Below, piece after piece: positions 10,896 through 20,952 of a DNA stretch of 64,000 nucleotides. This DNA is from an uncultured delta proteobacterium. GTDB lineage: Bacteria; Desulfobacterota; RBG-13-43-22. The notes below the pieces were generated by a model. That model was not told where the DNA came from. It did no database searches and worked only from the letters and a program-made list of their open reading frames with translations. Made by a program: the position numbers and the translations under genes. Numbering within the stretch: position 1 is the first letter of the stretch; each line of letters starts with the position of its first letter. The stretch lies in contig CAWDKY010000015.1 in the NCBI GenBank assembly GCA_963802945.1, positions 32,001-96,000 of the forward strand. The letters run 5' to 3'.

Positions 10896-10933
10896 AAGAC
10901 CCCATTTTTTGAAAAACGAGATGGGGTTTTTGT
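10896..10933 (+). terminator. Intrinsic terminator-like hairpin upstream of helicase operon
   Basis: aagaccccattt...gagatggggttttt followed by T-rich tail. Confidence 0.6.
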
Positions 10934-11004
10934 TCTAATGTGTATGATAAAAAGATGAATATGTAAGAGATTGAAATTGAATCCATCAAAACAAGGAAAT
11001 TAGA

Positions 11005-14000
11005 ATGCCCCGCATATTTGATAACATCGACCAATTGCTCCTCCCTGCTCTGCGGCAGACATTAGAAATCACCGACCGTTCTGACTTCTGTGTCGGCTAT
11101 TTTAACCTACGGGGTTGGAAGGCTATTGACGGCCTTGTCGAACAATGGCCGGGGGGGACAGGCCACCAATGTCGCCTTCTGGTAGGAATGCAACGTTTAC
11201 CAAAAGACGACCTGCGCCAAGCCTACAGCCTGCTGCCTAGAGAGGAACAGCTCAGTAACCAGTATGTGATTCGGCTCAAGCGCACTCTGGCCAAGGAATT
11301 TACCGATCAGCTCACTTTTGGTGCACCCACCGATGAAGATGAGGTCGGCTTGCGCCGATTGGCCTCACAATTGAGGGCGGGCAAAGTGGTTGTCAAGCTT
11401 TTCCTTCGCCATCCGCTTCATGCTAAACTTTATCTATGTTTTCGCTCTGACCCGATCAATCCCATTGTGGGTTATCTGGGTTCAAGTAACTTGACCCTTG
11501 CCGGACTTTCCCATCAAGGTGAACTCAATGTGGACGTCCTTGATCATGACGCTGCTCAAAAGCTTACAGCTTGGTTTGAGGATCGATGGAATGACCATTG
11601 GTGTGTGGACATCACCAAGGAACTTATCCAGGTCATTGAAGAAAGCTGGGCTCGACCTGATTCTCCGCCTCCCTACTGGATCTATATCAAGATGGCCTAT
11701 CATCTGGCCGAAGAGGCACGGGCCGGGCTTTCGGAGTTCACTATTCCTCCAGATTTGCGTGGCACATTGTTGGAGTTCCAGTCCGCTGCCGTCCGCATTG
11801 CCGCACGGCATTTGGAAAAACGAGGCGGGGTCATTCTCGGGGACGTAGTCGGCCTTGGAAAGACTCTGATGGCCACCGCGCTCGCGCGGGTTTTTCAAGA
11901 TCCACCTCATTCGCTCGAATCACTTATTGTCTGTCCTAAGAACCTGGTCAGCATGTGAGAAGATTATGCCCACCGCTACCAACTGATTGCCAAAGTCGTC
12001 TCCATCGCTCAAACCCAGTCCGTTCTGCCTGAGCTACGCCGCTACCGCATTGTCATTATTGATGAAAGCCACAACCTCCGAAACCGTGAAGGCCGTCGTT
12101 GGGCGGTCATCCGCGACTATATCTCCCGCAACACCAGTCGCTGCATTCTGATTTCGGCAACACCCTATAATAAGGCCTATTTAGATCTGGCCAATCAACT
12201 CCGCCTCTTTCTCAATCCGGAAGACAACGTCGGTATCAGGCCGGAAGAATACCTGCGCCGCGATTGCGACGGCCGAATTGACGAGTTCACCCGTCGGCAT
12301 CAGTGCCCGGTAAACGCCCTTGCCGCCTTCGAGAAAAGTGAGCACGCCGACGACTGGCGCGAACTGATGCGCCTCTTCATGGTCCGACGCACCCGCAGTT
12401 TTGTGGAACGCAACTATGCTTACACCGAGTGTCCCGATTGTACTACCGTGTTGCCGGCCATGCAGGATAGATGCCCGCAATGCGGCCGCGGCAAACAGTC
12501 TGCGGACCGTCGTTTTCTTATCCTTGAAGGCGGTACCCGTTTTTATTTTCCTAAGCGCCAACCAAAAACACTGACCTTCCCCATCCGGGATAACGATCCG
12601 GAGGACCAATATGCCAGGCTCTACTCCGATTCGGTGGTGGACATTATCCGGCAGCTTCACTTGCCTCGTTATGGGCTGGCCAACTACTTGAAGCCCACGC
12701 CGGATCAACCTCCGACATCCAATGAGGCCGAGGTCATGAAGAATCTTTCACGGGCTGGAAAACGGCTTATCGGGTTTTGCCGGACAAATCTCTTTAAAAG
12801 GCTGGAAAGCGGGGGCTATGCTTTTTTACTTTCCATCCGGCGCCACATCCTTCGTAATTTTATTTATCTCCATGCCCTGGAAAACGGTTTGCCGTTGCCA
12901 ATCGGCACTCAGGATTCGATCTTGTTTGACACTCGCACCGATGATGCCGACCACGATTCCCAGACCATCGGTAGGCTTTTTGAGGACGAAAATGAAGAGG
13001 CCAATTCCACATCCGGTACTCAGGCCAAAAGTCTCGAAGATTTTGCTAAGGAAGCCGCCAATGCCTACCAATTCCTCAGCCGGACCCAGGGGCGTTTGTT
13101 CGATTGGCTCCGTCCTGACTTGTTTATTAATGATTTGGCCAGAAACCTCCGGCAGGACGCCGAATCCCTCTTCACCATTCTTCAAATTGCCGGAGAATGG
13201 TTGCCCGACAAGGACCAAAAACTTATAGAGCTACAGAAGCTCATTACTAAAAACCATCCAGAGCAGAAGGTATTGGTTTTTTCTCAATTTGCCGACACGG
13301 TCCGATATCTGAACGAACAATTGCATGATCGCGGCATAAAACAACTCGCCGGTGTCACCGGAGATACCGAAGACCCTTCCGGCTTCGCTCGCCGTTTCAG
13401 TCCCGAGAGCAACCAGGCCGGGGAAAAGGTCTCCCCATCTCATGAACTCCGGGTTCTTATCGCCACCGACGTCCTCAGTGAAGGCCAGAACCTGCAGGAT
13501 GGGGCAATTGTTGTCAACTACGATCTCCCCTGGGCCATTATTCGCCTTATTCAGCGCGCCGGTCGTGTGGACCGGATCGGCCAGAAGGCCGAGCAGATAC
13601 TTTGTTATTCTTTTATGCCTGCTGACGGCGTCGAGAGGATCATTCGTTTGCGCTCACGCGTACGCCGGCGTCTGCAGGAAAACGCCGAAGTGGTCGGCAC
13701 CGATGAAACTTTCTTCGAGGATGAACATCATGACGATCTAATCCACGACCTTTTTACCGAGAAATCTGGGATACTCGACGACATCGAGGATGACGAAGTG
13801 GACCTGGCCTCTTTCGCTTATCAAATCTGGAGGAATGCCATAGACGCGGATCCTTCGCTCAAGAAAAGCATTCCCGATCTGCCTAATGTCGTCTTTTCAA
13901 CCAAATCCTGGTCAGCCACCACAACAAGATTTATCGCTATGCCTGGGGCCTCACCTCCATCCGGTGTCATGGTCTATGTACGCACGGCAGATGGTAACGA

Positions 14001-14484
14001 TGCATTGGCCTGGGTGGATGAGGAAGGCCGTATTGTCACGGAATCCCAACATGAGATCCTGCGGGCTGCCGCTTGTGAACCCTCCACTCCGGCGTTATCC
14101 CGTCTGGACAAGCATCACACGCTTGTTCGAAAGGCTGTGATGGGCATCCAAACCGAACAAGCAGCCACCGGTGGCCAACTTGGGCGACCCTCCAGCGCTC
14201 GACGTCGTGTTTATGAAAAACTCAAGGACTACGCGGAGCAGGTAAAGGACACTCTCTTTGATATCAGGGAGCTGCATCTGGCCATAGATGCCATCTATGA
14301 CCAGCCCCTTACCGAGACTGCCCGGGACCTGCTTAACCGGGAACTGCGCTCCGGTATTAGCAATGAAAAGCTTGTCGAACTCGTCTTAAGGCTCTTTGAA
14401 GAAGACCGGCTCTGCATCCCCAAGCATGATGTCGAGACCCGCGAACCTCAGATTATTTGTTCTCTTGGAATACGGGAGGGATAA
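11005..14484 (+). pseudogene. PLD nuclease-SNF2 helicase fusion interrupted by one in-frame TGA (11956-11958)
   Basis: HAKLY..GSSN PLD motif; Walker A GDVVGLGKT; after TGA same frame gives DESH, SATP, LVFSQF, LSEGQNLQ, QRAGRVDRIG; 1159 aa if read through. Confidence 0.85.
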
Positions 14485-14487
14485 CCT

Positions 14488-17400
14488 GTGCCCTTCGACT
14501 TCTCCCAAGCCCGATCATTTCTCCAAACCGACAATCTTTCCATGCTTTTTGTAGAGGGACTCGGCTGGGAACCCTGTCGCCAAAAACTTTCGCTTAGTTC
14601 CGGTAACCACGACTACACCTTTTCGGCCATTGCCGAGAAAAAAGGGTTTACCGCCTGGTTGTGTGAAAGTCCCGATGGCCGTCTGCCTGACCACGCTACA
14701 AGAATCAAGCTTGATCGTATTCTAGCCCAGACCAGTTTCGAACACCTTATCATCTTCGTTACCGGCGATCACTCCCGCCAATCCTGGATGTGGGTACGTC
14801 GCCAGCCGGGACGACCCTTGAGCGCCCGCACCCATGAATACACCAGAGGCCAACCGGGAGATTCTTTGCTTCAAAAGCTTCAGATTCTTTTTGTTTCCCT
14901 GGAGGAAGAAGAAGTCGGGATATCGGTAACCCAAATTGCCGGTCGTGTCCGGATTGCCTTTGATGTCGAGCGGGTTACCAAGAAGTTCTATAAAGAATTC
15001 GATTCCCAACGAAAAGCCTTCCTTAAGTTCATCGAGGGCATCGGGGAAGTAACTGATCGCGAATGGTATGCCTCGGTTATGCTCAACCGGCTGATGTTCG
15101 TTTATTTCATCCAGCGAAAAGGCTTCTTGGACGGTGACCCCCAATATCTGCGGAACCGTCTTAAGAGGATGCAGACCGAATACGGCCGGGATAAATTCTA
15201 TTCCTTTTACCGTTACTTTCTGCTCCGACTTTTTTACGAAGGGTTGGGCGGAAAGAAGCGTGCCCCTGATTTGGAAAAACTCCTTGGCCGCATCCCCTAC
15301 CTGAACGGCGGCATGTTCGACGTCCACGAGATGGAAAAGCCCGAGCGTTACGGTAAGGAAATTCAAATTCCTGACCAGGCCTTTGAAAAAATCTTTGACT
15401 ACTTTGATCAATACCAGTGGCACCTGGACGAGCGCCCATTGCGTGCCGACAATGAGATCAATCCCGATGTTCTCGGATATATCTTTGAGAAATACATCAA
15501 CCAGAAACAGATGGGGGCTTATTACACCAAGGAAGACATAACCGAATACATTAGCAAGAATACCGTAATCCCATTTTTGTTTGACTCCGCCCACAAGGAA
15601 TGTAAAGTGGCCTTTGAAAACCCTAACGGGCCGACGGTCTGGGATCTGCTTCAGGAGAACCCCGATCGATATATCTATCCGGCTGTACGCCACGGTGCAG
15701 ACAAACCGCTTCCGCTGGAAATAGCCGAAGGCCTGGACGCCTCCAAACCGAATCTTATTGACCGCCGCAAAGTGTGGAACAGACCCGCTCCAGGCGAATA
15801 CGGTTTACCCACCGAAATATGGCGGGAGGTCGTAGCCCGAAGGCAACGCTATGAAGAAGTACGGGAAAAACTGGTCTCCGGTGAAGTTCACGATATCAAC
15901 GATTTTATCACTCTAAACCTGGATATTCGCCAATTCGCCCAGGATGTGATCGAAAATTGTGAAGGGCCGGAACTGCTCCGGGCCTTCTGGCATTCAATTG
16001 AGAAGGTGACGATTCTCGACCCAACATGCGGGTCCGGCGCATTCCTGTTCGCCGCACTCAATATCCTTGAACCGCTTTACGAAGCCTGCCTCGACCGCAT
16101 GGAATCTTTCGTTGCCGACCTCCTCCATTCCGGCCTGAAGCACCGGCCGGAAAAATTTTCCGACTTCCGCAAAGTGCTGGAGCGCGTGGCCGGACATCCT
16201 AATCGCCAATATTTTATTTTTAAGAACATCATCCTCAACAATCTTTTTGGTGTGGATATTATAGAAGAAGCCGTGGAGATCTGCCAACTGCGTCTTTTCC
16301 TCAAACTGGCTGCGCAGGTTGAACCAGACCCCACCAAAGAGAATCTTGGCATAGAGCCATTACCGGATATCGATTTTAATATCCGGGCCGGAAATACTCT
16401 TGTAGGGTACGCCACACTGGAAGAGGTTAAGAAATCCATGGAAGGCGACTGGGTAAAGAAGCTGGAATTGCCCCGAATTCAGGAACAAGCCGAGGACACC
16501 GACCGGGCTTTCCAACTATTCCGAAAAATGCAGACGGAACAAGGTATGAACGCCAAGGAGTTCGTGGAGGCCAAGCAGGATTTGCGGGAGTGGCTAAAGA
16601 CTCTGGAGGATGAACTTAATCGTTATCTTGCAAAAGAATATGGGGTGGATTTCAAAAAGAAAGTTGACTATTCCAAGTGGGTAAATTCCCACCAGCCTTT
16701 TCATTGGTTCGTAGAGTTCTATGGGATTGTGCAAAACGGCGGTTTCGATGTTATTATCGGTAATCCCCCGTATGTGGAATACAGTAAAGTCAGAGGTACA
16801 TATTCTGTTTCTAACTACGAGACTGAGGAGTCGGCCAATCTCTATGCGTTTATTTCAGAACGCAGTCTAACCCTTATCAATAAACGTGGAAGTTTTGGGT
16901 TCATTGTTCCGATTAGTGTTGTTTGTACAAAACGGATGAGGACTCTCCAAGACCACATTTCTTCTATCGCATACTCGGCTTGGTTAAGTAATTACGCCGA
17001 ACGGCCAAGCAAGCTTTTCGTAGGTGCTGAAGTTTTGTTGACGATTGTGTTGGCTCGAACCAGGAGCCAAGAGCAATGTAAACTGTTTACAACCGGCTTC
17101 ACAAAATGGGCAACTGATGAGCGACCAGTGTTGTTCGAGCGGGTGTCTTACTCTTACGTCGAGACAAAATTAAAGGCATACGTTATCCCAAAATTCATGG
17201 ATGTGCTTGAACGATCAATCCTTATAAAGATGGTTTCAAACGGGGGTATACTCGGAAGACACTTACTGAGGACATCAAATCACCGCGTGTTCTACCGAAT
17301 TGGCGGTGGCAGATATTGGAAAATCTTCACAAACTTTCAGCCGAAATTTATTCTTAATAGCAACCCATCGATTTCCAGCCGAGAGAATTATCTTTACTTA

Positions 17401-17814
17401 ACTTCTGAGAAATTCCGGGATGCTGCCATTTCCCTATTGAGTAGTTCACTTTTTTACTGGTATTTTATTTTGACAACGAACTGCCGTGACTTGAACCCGA
17501 GCGATCTTAACGAATTCCCTATTAACTTAGACTCGTTTACCCGCAACAACTTGGAAGAGCTTGTGCTCTGTTGCCATAATCTCATAGAGGATTACGTAGA
17601 GAAGAGCGTAATGAAGGAGAAAACTTCTCAACTTACTGGAAATATCATTTATCAAGAATTCTATCCACGTTTCTCTAAGCCCATCATCGACTTAATAGAC
17701 CAGGTCCTAGCGCGGCACTATGGCTTTACCGAGGAGGAACTGGACTTCATCATCAACTACGACATCAAATACCGCATGGGTCGGGAGGCTGGGCAAGAGG
17801 AGGGAGATGAATAA
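14488..17814 (+). CDS. Large N6-adenine DNA methyltransferase (Eco57I/type IIG-like M + TRD)
   Basis: YLNGGMF, GAYYT, DPTCGSGAF (motif I), GNPPY (motif IV), lower-GC C-terminal TRD. Confidence 0.9.
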   Translation: MPFDFSQARSFLQTDNLSMLFVEGLGWEPCRQKLSLSSGNHDYTFSAIAEKKGFTAWLCESPDGRLPDHATRIKLDRILAQTSFEHLIIFVTGDHSRQSWMWVRRQPGRPLSARTHEYTRGQPGDSLLQKLQILFVSLEEEEVGISVTQIAGRVRIAFDVERVTKKFYKEFDSQRKAFLKFIEGIGEVTDREWYASVMLNRLMFVYFIQRKGFLDGDPQYLRNRLKRMQTEYGRDKFYSFYRYFLLRLFYEGLGGKKRAPDLEKLLGRIPYLNGGMFDVHEMEKPERYGKEIQIPDQAFEKIFDYFDQYQWHLDERPLRADNEINPDVLGYIFEKYINQKQMGAYYTKEDITEYISKNTVIPFLFDSAHKECKVAFENPNGPTVWDLLQENPDRYIYPAVRHGADKPLPLEIAEGLDASKPNLIDRRKVWNRPAPGEYGLPTEIWREVVARRQRYEEVREKLVSGEVHDINDFITLNLDIRQFAQDVIENCEGPELLRAFWHSIEKVTILDPTCGSGAFLFAALNILEPLYEACLDRMESFVADLLHSGLKHRPEKFSDFRKVLERVAGHPNRQYFIFKNIILNNLFGVDIIEEAVEICQLRLFLKLAAQVEPDPTKENLGIEPLPDIDFNIRAGNTLVGYATLEEVKKSMEGDWVKKLELPRIQEQAEDTDRAFQLFRKMQTEQGMNAKEFVEAKQDLREWLKTLEDELNRYLAKEYGVDFKKKVDYSKWVNSHQPFHWFVEFYGIVQNGGFDVIIGNPPYVEYSKVRGTYSVSNYETEESANLYAFISERSLTLINKRGSFGFIVPISVVCTKRMRTLQDHISSIAYSAWLSNYAERPSKLFVGAEVLLTIVLARTRSQEQCKLFTTGFTKWATDERPVLFERVSYSYVETKLKAYVIPKFMDVLERSILIKMVSNGGILGRHLLRTSNHRVFYRIGGGRYWKIFTNFQPKFILNSNPSISSRENYLYLTSEKFRDAAISLLSSSLFYWYFILTTNCRDLNPSDLNEFPINLDSFTRNNLEELVLCCHNLIEDYVEKSVMKEKTSQLTGNIIYQEFYPRFSKPIIDLIDQVLARHYGFTEEELDFIINYDIKYRMGREAGQEEGDE

Positions 17815-17905
17815 GCTGCGGTTTCTCACCAGATAAGATTGATGGATTTGCAATAAGTCGTCATTCAGAGGAAAACCGGGAGTCAAAAAAAAGGCAAAAC
17901 AACAA

Positions 17906-18556
17906 ATGATTATCTACCTGGATGAATCAGGGGACTTGGGCTTTGATTTCGATAAACCCCGAACCTCGAAAAAATTTGTTATAACACTGCTTATCAGTGA
18001 CAACCCCAAAGCAAGTGACGGATTCAGAAAGGCCGTCCGTCGTACCCTAAAAAACAAAATAAACCGGAAGAGGGGTAAAATATTTTGTCAAGAGTTGAAA
18101 GGGACGGGAACAAATCAAAAAATTAAAGAATATTTTTACCGTAATCTTCCGCTCTCAGGGTGGAGTATTTATTGTATTATCCTCAACAAAAAACGCGTTT
18201 ATGATAGGCTGCAAACGAGACCGGGCAAAAAGAAGCTTTATAATTTTTTAGCTCGTTTTATATTGGAAAAAGTAGATTTGAGTAACCCGGGTTCTGCAGT
18301 TAACCTAGTCATTGACCGATCTAAGAATAATGAAGAGATACGAGATTTTAATCAATATGTCGCCAACCACCTGGAAGGGTTATTGCCTTTAAAGATTCCT
18401 CTTTATATTACCCATGAATCTTCACATAGTAATCCAGGGTTGCAGGCGGTCGACCTTTTCTGTTGGGGGTTATATCGAAAATATGAATGGAATGACCGAG
18501 GATGGTATAAGGTATTCAGAAAAAAGATTGCTTTTGAAGACGAGTACCTAAAATAA
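17906..18556 (+). CDS. DUF3800 family protein
   Basis: N-terminal 'IYLDESGD', ELKG, 'VIDR', C-terminal 'GLQAVD' motifs. Confidence 0.85.
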   Translation: MIIYLDESGDLGFDFDKPRTSKKFVITLLISDNPKASDGFRKAVRRTLKNKINRKRGKIFCQELKGTGTNQKIKEYFYRNLPLSGWSIYCIILNKKRVYDRLQTRPGKKKLYNFLARFILEKVDLSNPGSAVNLVIDRSKNNEEIRDFNQYVANHLEGLLPLKIPLYITHESSHSNPGLQAVDLFCWGLYRKYEWNDRGWYKVFRKKIAFEDEYLK

Positions 18557-18651
18557 AAAAGACGGTCCCTGATATGTCTATTATCCCAGGGCTCTTATCC
18601 AACCTATGGGAGGAAGCACCCTGAGCACATACCAGGATTTACCCGTCTTGG
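18553..18651 (-). ncRNA. Structured ncRNA 1 antisense/convergent to DUF3800
   Basis: Minus-strand TTGACA(18685-18680)-N17-TAAAGT; nested stems AAGACGG/CCGUCUU, UCCUGGUAUGU/ACAUAUCAGGG, CUCAGGG/CCCUGGG with G-U pairs on minus strand; ends in U-tract. Confidence 0.7.
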
Positions 18652-18712
18652 TAAAAACTTTAACTTTATGTTTGACGATTGTCAAGTAAATTAAAAGGAC
18701 AAAATAGATAGT

Positions 18713-18802
18713 AAAAAATGCAGGTCCCGGGACTCAGGATCCCACCCGCTTGGGGCTGCCGGCCTTTCGACCGACCTGAGTTAACTCCCGCGCATACCTG
18801 CG
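18713..18802 (-). ncRNA. Structured ncRNA 2 (paralog of ncRNA 1)
   Basis: Minus-strand TTGACT(18835-18830)-N16-TATTCT; GCAGGU/ACCUGC, CGGGA/UCCCG, ACUCAGG/CCUGAGU, GUCGGUC-GAAA-GGCCGGC, CCCA/UGGG; ends UUUUUU. Confidence 0.72.
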
Positions 18803-18854
18803 ATTACAGAATATTACTATTTCGGGGAAAGTCAACACTTTTTGGGAAAAATAG

Positions 18855-19400
18855 ATGCTTAAGACCATTTCTAAAAATGCCTTTGAATATCCACTTTTTT
18901 TGTCGAAGCGACTTCAGGATAATGCCCCGAAAAATCTTTATTTTATCGGCAATCTCGACTTGCTTGAAAAGACCAAATTGGCCCTTTTCTGTTCGATCAA
19001 ATGCCCCGGTCAGAAGATTCTTAAGGCCTTTGACTTTGCCCGTAGCCTGCGGGACAGTCCAAAAGCCGTGATAAGCGGCTTTCATTCCCCGATAGAAAAG
19101 GAGTGTCTTCGAATTCTTCTGCGGGGACAGCAACCAATCATCATCTGCCTTGCTCGCTCATTGGAGAAGATGCGTCTGCCTGCCGAATGGAAGGAAGGGC
19201 TGGCAGAGGGTCAGCTGTTGATTCTCTCCCCCTTTCCTGTAGGGCAGCGCCGGTTCACCGTTGAACTGGCCCACCAGCGCAACCTCCTGGTAGCAGCATT
19301 ATCTGATGAAGTTTGCTTCATCCATTCTGATCCGGGTGGGAGGATTGAGGAATTAAGACACTTGGTTGAACAATGGAAGATACCTATAATAAGGATTTGA
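18855..19400 (+). CDS. DprA/Smf-like (SLOG) protein
   Basis: 'YFIGNLDLL', 'LALFCSIKCPG', 'VISGFHSPIE', 'RNLLVAALSD'. Confidence 0.7.
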   Translation: MLKTISKNAFEYPLFLSKRLQDNAPKNLYFIGNLDLLEKTKLALFCSIKCPGQKILKAFDFARSLRDSPKAVISGFHSPIEKECLRILLRGQQPIIICLARSLEKMRLPAEWKEGLAEGQLLILSPFPVGQRRFTVELAHQRNLLVAALSDEVCFIHSDPGGRIEELRHLVEQWKIPIIRI

Positions 19401-19556
19401 AGTCGGGGTACCCCTTACCTATTTAATTTTCCAAAGACAAAATTGGATCGGGTCAGGCTCAGAACCTTGCAGGTCATAGCTCATAGCTGATAGCTCAAAA
19501 GGTAAGGGAAAAACGTGTGCCGTACGCATTTAGATGCAAGGAGAAAGATGATCTAA

Positions 19557-20186
19557 TCATTTTGGAGGCCAAAGCCCTTCCCGCCTAACCCTTGTCTCAA
19601 TAACCAATGTCGAAACCCCAAATGGCTTACATAGAGTGGGGGAAATTCGGGATAGTACGGCATCGGGATCATTTTCCAAATATTGGCTTAATTTAATTTC
19701 TTCGATGATCTTCAAAACCTTATCAAATTCAGTTGTCAATTCCGGATATGGAACTAATAAGCGTCCGGCAAATTCATTGGCCTGCCATTCAAAACCGCTA
19801 TATTCCTTTTCCGGTACGTTTAGAATAAAGTCTCTCCATTCTTCCGGTGATTCAAAATCGAATGAAGAAAAAATATATTTATGTAGGAAAAAATGTCCCA
19901 GTTCATGGGCAAAAGAAAATCGCATACGATTAGAAAATTTTTCGTTTAAATAAAAATCGTAATCGACAACGATACCCTTCAAATCTCTCTTCAAATAGGC
20001 GTCCATATCAATTTCAGTAAACAGATTATGCTTAGGTTCGATATTAAGCTTCAATCTGAACTCAACGATTTTTTCAGTATTAACGGGCAAGGAAGCCTCA
20101 GACCAATACTTTTGCCGGACATCATCCGCCAATTTCCAAATTTCTTTTTTATCAATCCAACGACAACTGAATTCAGAGTAATCCAA
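19557..20186 (-). CDS. ImmA/IrrE family metallopeptidase (DUF955)
   Basis: RFSFAHELGH and EWQANEFAGRLL. Confidence 0.9.
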   Translation of the reverse strand: MDYSEFSCRWIDKKEIWKLADDVRQKYWSEASLPVNTEKIVEFRLKLNIEPKHNLFTEIDMDAYLKRDLKGIVVDYDFYLNEKFSNRMRFSFAHELGHFFLHKYIFSSFDFESPEEWRDFILNVPEKEYSGFEWQANEFAGRLLVPYPELTTEFDKVLKIIEEIKLSQYLENDPDAVLSRISPTLCKPFGVSTLVIETRVRREGLWPPK

Positions 20187-20188
20187 AA

Positions 20189-20551
20189 TCAGCCCTCCTT
20201 TCGGATTTTATTGATTAATTTATCCAATTCTTCGGGCGTAGGTTTCTCACTTCGGATAGTTCGAAAAAACATGGGCAGAGAATCTAATACCTGTCTGTCC
20301 GATAAAATATCGGCCGGAATTATCCCCGCATCGATGTTGGCCAAATCTTTCATTTCTTTCCATTGTTTCGATCCGAATTTAATACCCAGCGCCTGAGCTA
20401 TATTTCTTAACTTTTCATCATCCTGCGGAGGTGATAGTACTCCGCGTTCAACCTTGCTCCAATTGCTGGCATCCATTTCTGTTTGTTTGCAAAATTCTCT
20501 AAGGCCTAATCCCCTATCAATCCTCCTCTTTTTAATAAATTCACCAAACAT
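20189..20551 (-). CDS. XRE family HTH regulator
   Basis: FGEFIKKRR..GLREFC..SNWSKVERG; AGGAG RBS; co-oriented with ImmA. Confidence 0.9.
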   Translation of the reverse strand: MFGEFIKKRRIDRGLGLREFCKQTEMDASNWSKVERGVLSPPQDDEKLRNIAQALGIKFGSKQWKEMKDLANIDAGIIPADILSDRQVLDSLPMFFRTIRSEKPTPEELDKLINKIRKEG

Positions 20552-20602
20552 TTTTCTCCTCCTTTTTGGTTAGCCCCAAATTGTTTTAATTGTTTTAAAA
20601 AG

Positions 20603-20657
20603 TGTGGTATTTCTATTACCATGTGGTAAAAATAATACCACAATCAGGAAAAGTCAA
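20603..20657 (-). promoter_or_regulatory. XRE promoter with nested palindromic operator
   Basis: tgtggtatt...ttaccatgtggtaa...aataccaca overlapping TTGACT-N17-TATTTT on minus strand. Confidence 0.6.
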
Positions 20658-20952
20658 GCTTTTTTTCGTATTAAACCGTCATGCCACCAGGGGTGTGGAA
20701 CTACCAATTATGTGGAAAACTAGTAATCCGGGAACATCATACTAATTTTTTGATCCTTAAGAATAAGGATTCGCCTGTTCCGGCAGGAGTCCATAATACA
20801 AGTTGAAGAGATCCGTATCTTCGAACTGCATTCTCGATTAATGAACCTTCACTTCCCCTGTTGTTTCCTGGCCTTTTTCCAAGACCCTTTTTTCTCCTTG
20901 ACCCTGTCTTTTTCTTGTCCCATACTCTTTTCAACTTCCAGGAGGATAGAGG

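Noticed and set aside
11956-11958. Selenocysteine at the helicase TGA
   Set aside because: Position corresponds to Trp, not Cys, and no SECIS-like hairpin follows.
12181-16439. Long antisense ORFs such as 14722-15693
   Set aside because: Shadow frames of real coding genes with no motifs.
11005-17814. DISARM or BREX call
   Set aside because: No DrmA/DrmB (DUF1998), PglZ or BrxC genes present.
18718-19133. ORFs 18718-19071(+) and 18804-19133(-)
   Set aside because: Overlap the structured RNA and the DprA-like gene; no recognisable motifs.
20690-20722. DnaA-box-like tgtggaa repeats as oriC
   Set aside because: Only two imperfect boxes and no replication genes nearby.
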